Shown here: piece after piece, positions 25,522-25,820 of the stretch | How positions within the stretch are numbered: position 1 is the first letter of the stretch | Layout: every line of letters begins with the position of its first letter | Assembly (NCBI GenBank): GCA_002269645.1 | Contig: NIVC01005114.1 | Span: 1-25,820, forward strand | DNA from: Macrostomum lignano | Lineage: Eukaryota | Length of the DNA stretch: 25,820 nt | Direction of reading: 5' to 3' | The notes under the pieces: generated by a model | Database searches by the model: none | Told to the model about the DNA's origin: nothing | What the model saw: the letters and a program-made list of their open reading frames with translations, nothing else | Program-made: the position numbers and the translations under genes

Positions 25522-25820
25522 GGGTCCATGAGAATTGCCCGCAGACGAATTGCCCGCCGAGTTTTTTCCCGCCGAGGTTTGCCCGCAATGCTTTTTTCCT
25601 GCAGCGCATTTGGCCACGCGGCAGATTTTGTCTGCATTGCCTTCCCATGTTTAGTACGTGTTAATCTCAATAAAGAGATTTACACGATCAAAACTTTTTG
25701 ATAGTAACTGCATATCAAATGCATATTTTGGGGGTAGCAATGTATAGACAGAATCTAGCTGCCAAATGCGCTGCAAAAAAGGATCGCGGGCAAACCTCGG
25801 CGGGAAAAAACTCGGCGGGC
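25522..25820. mobile_element. MITE / small foldback element with modular TIRs, truncated by the window end
   Basis: 25551-25640 is the inverted complement of 25738-25820. Left terminus GGGTCCATGAGAATTG; ~15-bp sub-units around TTGCCCGC. Confidence 0.85.

Overview
Eukaryotic (animal) genomic DNA with GC-rich exons, AT-rich spacers and many tandem arrays. The style suggests a free-living flatworm such as Macrostomum (inference, not verified). Four protein-coding genes can be reconstructed. On the minus strand: a secreted WSC + PAN/Apple-like protein (2 exons, one apparent 1-bp frameshift), Gemin2 (3 exons) and an atypical Smad2/3-class R-Smad (3 exons) that lacks the DNA-reading MH1 beta-hairpin and the PPxY motif. 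On the plus strand: an intronless GT32/DxD glycosyltransferase. Most other long ORFs in the track are artefacts of simple repeats: two (GACA)n arrays, a 1.6-kb polypurine tract and minisatellites with 16, 20, 21, 32, 33 and 43 bp units. Mobile DNA comprises a complete 1269-bp foldback element with an 8-bp TSD, a related MITE cut by the window edge, an internally deleted Tc1/IS630-like element with 177-bp TIRs abutting the glycosyltransferase, a Helitron-like dispersed repeat in two copies, and an old inverted-repeat element inside a strongly CpG-depleted 4.6-kb block. All coordinates and counts were read by eye; no database searches were run.
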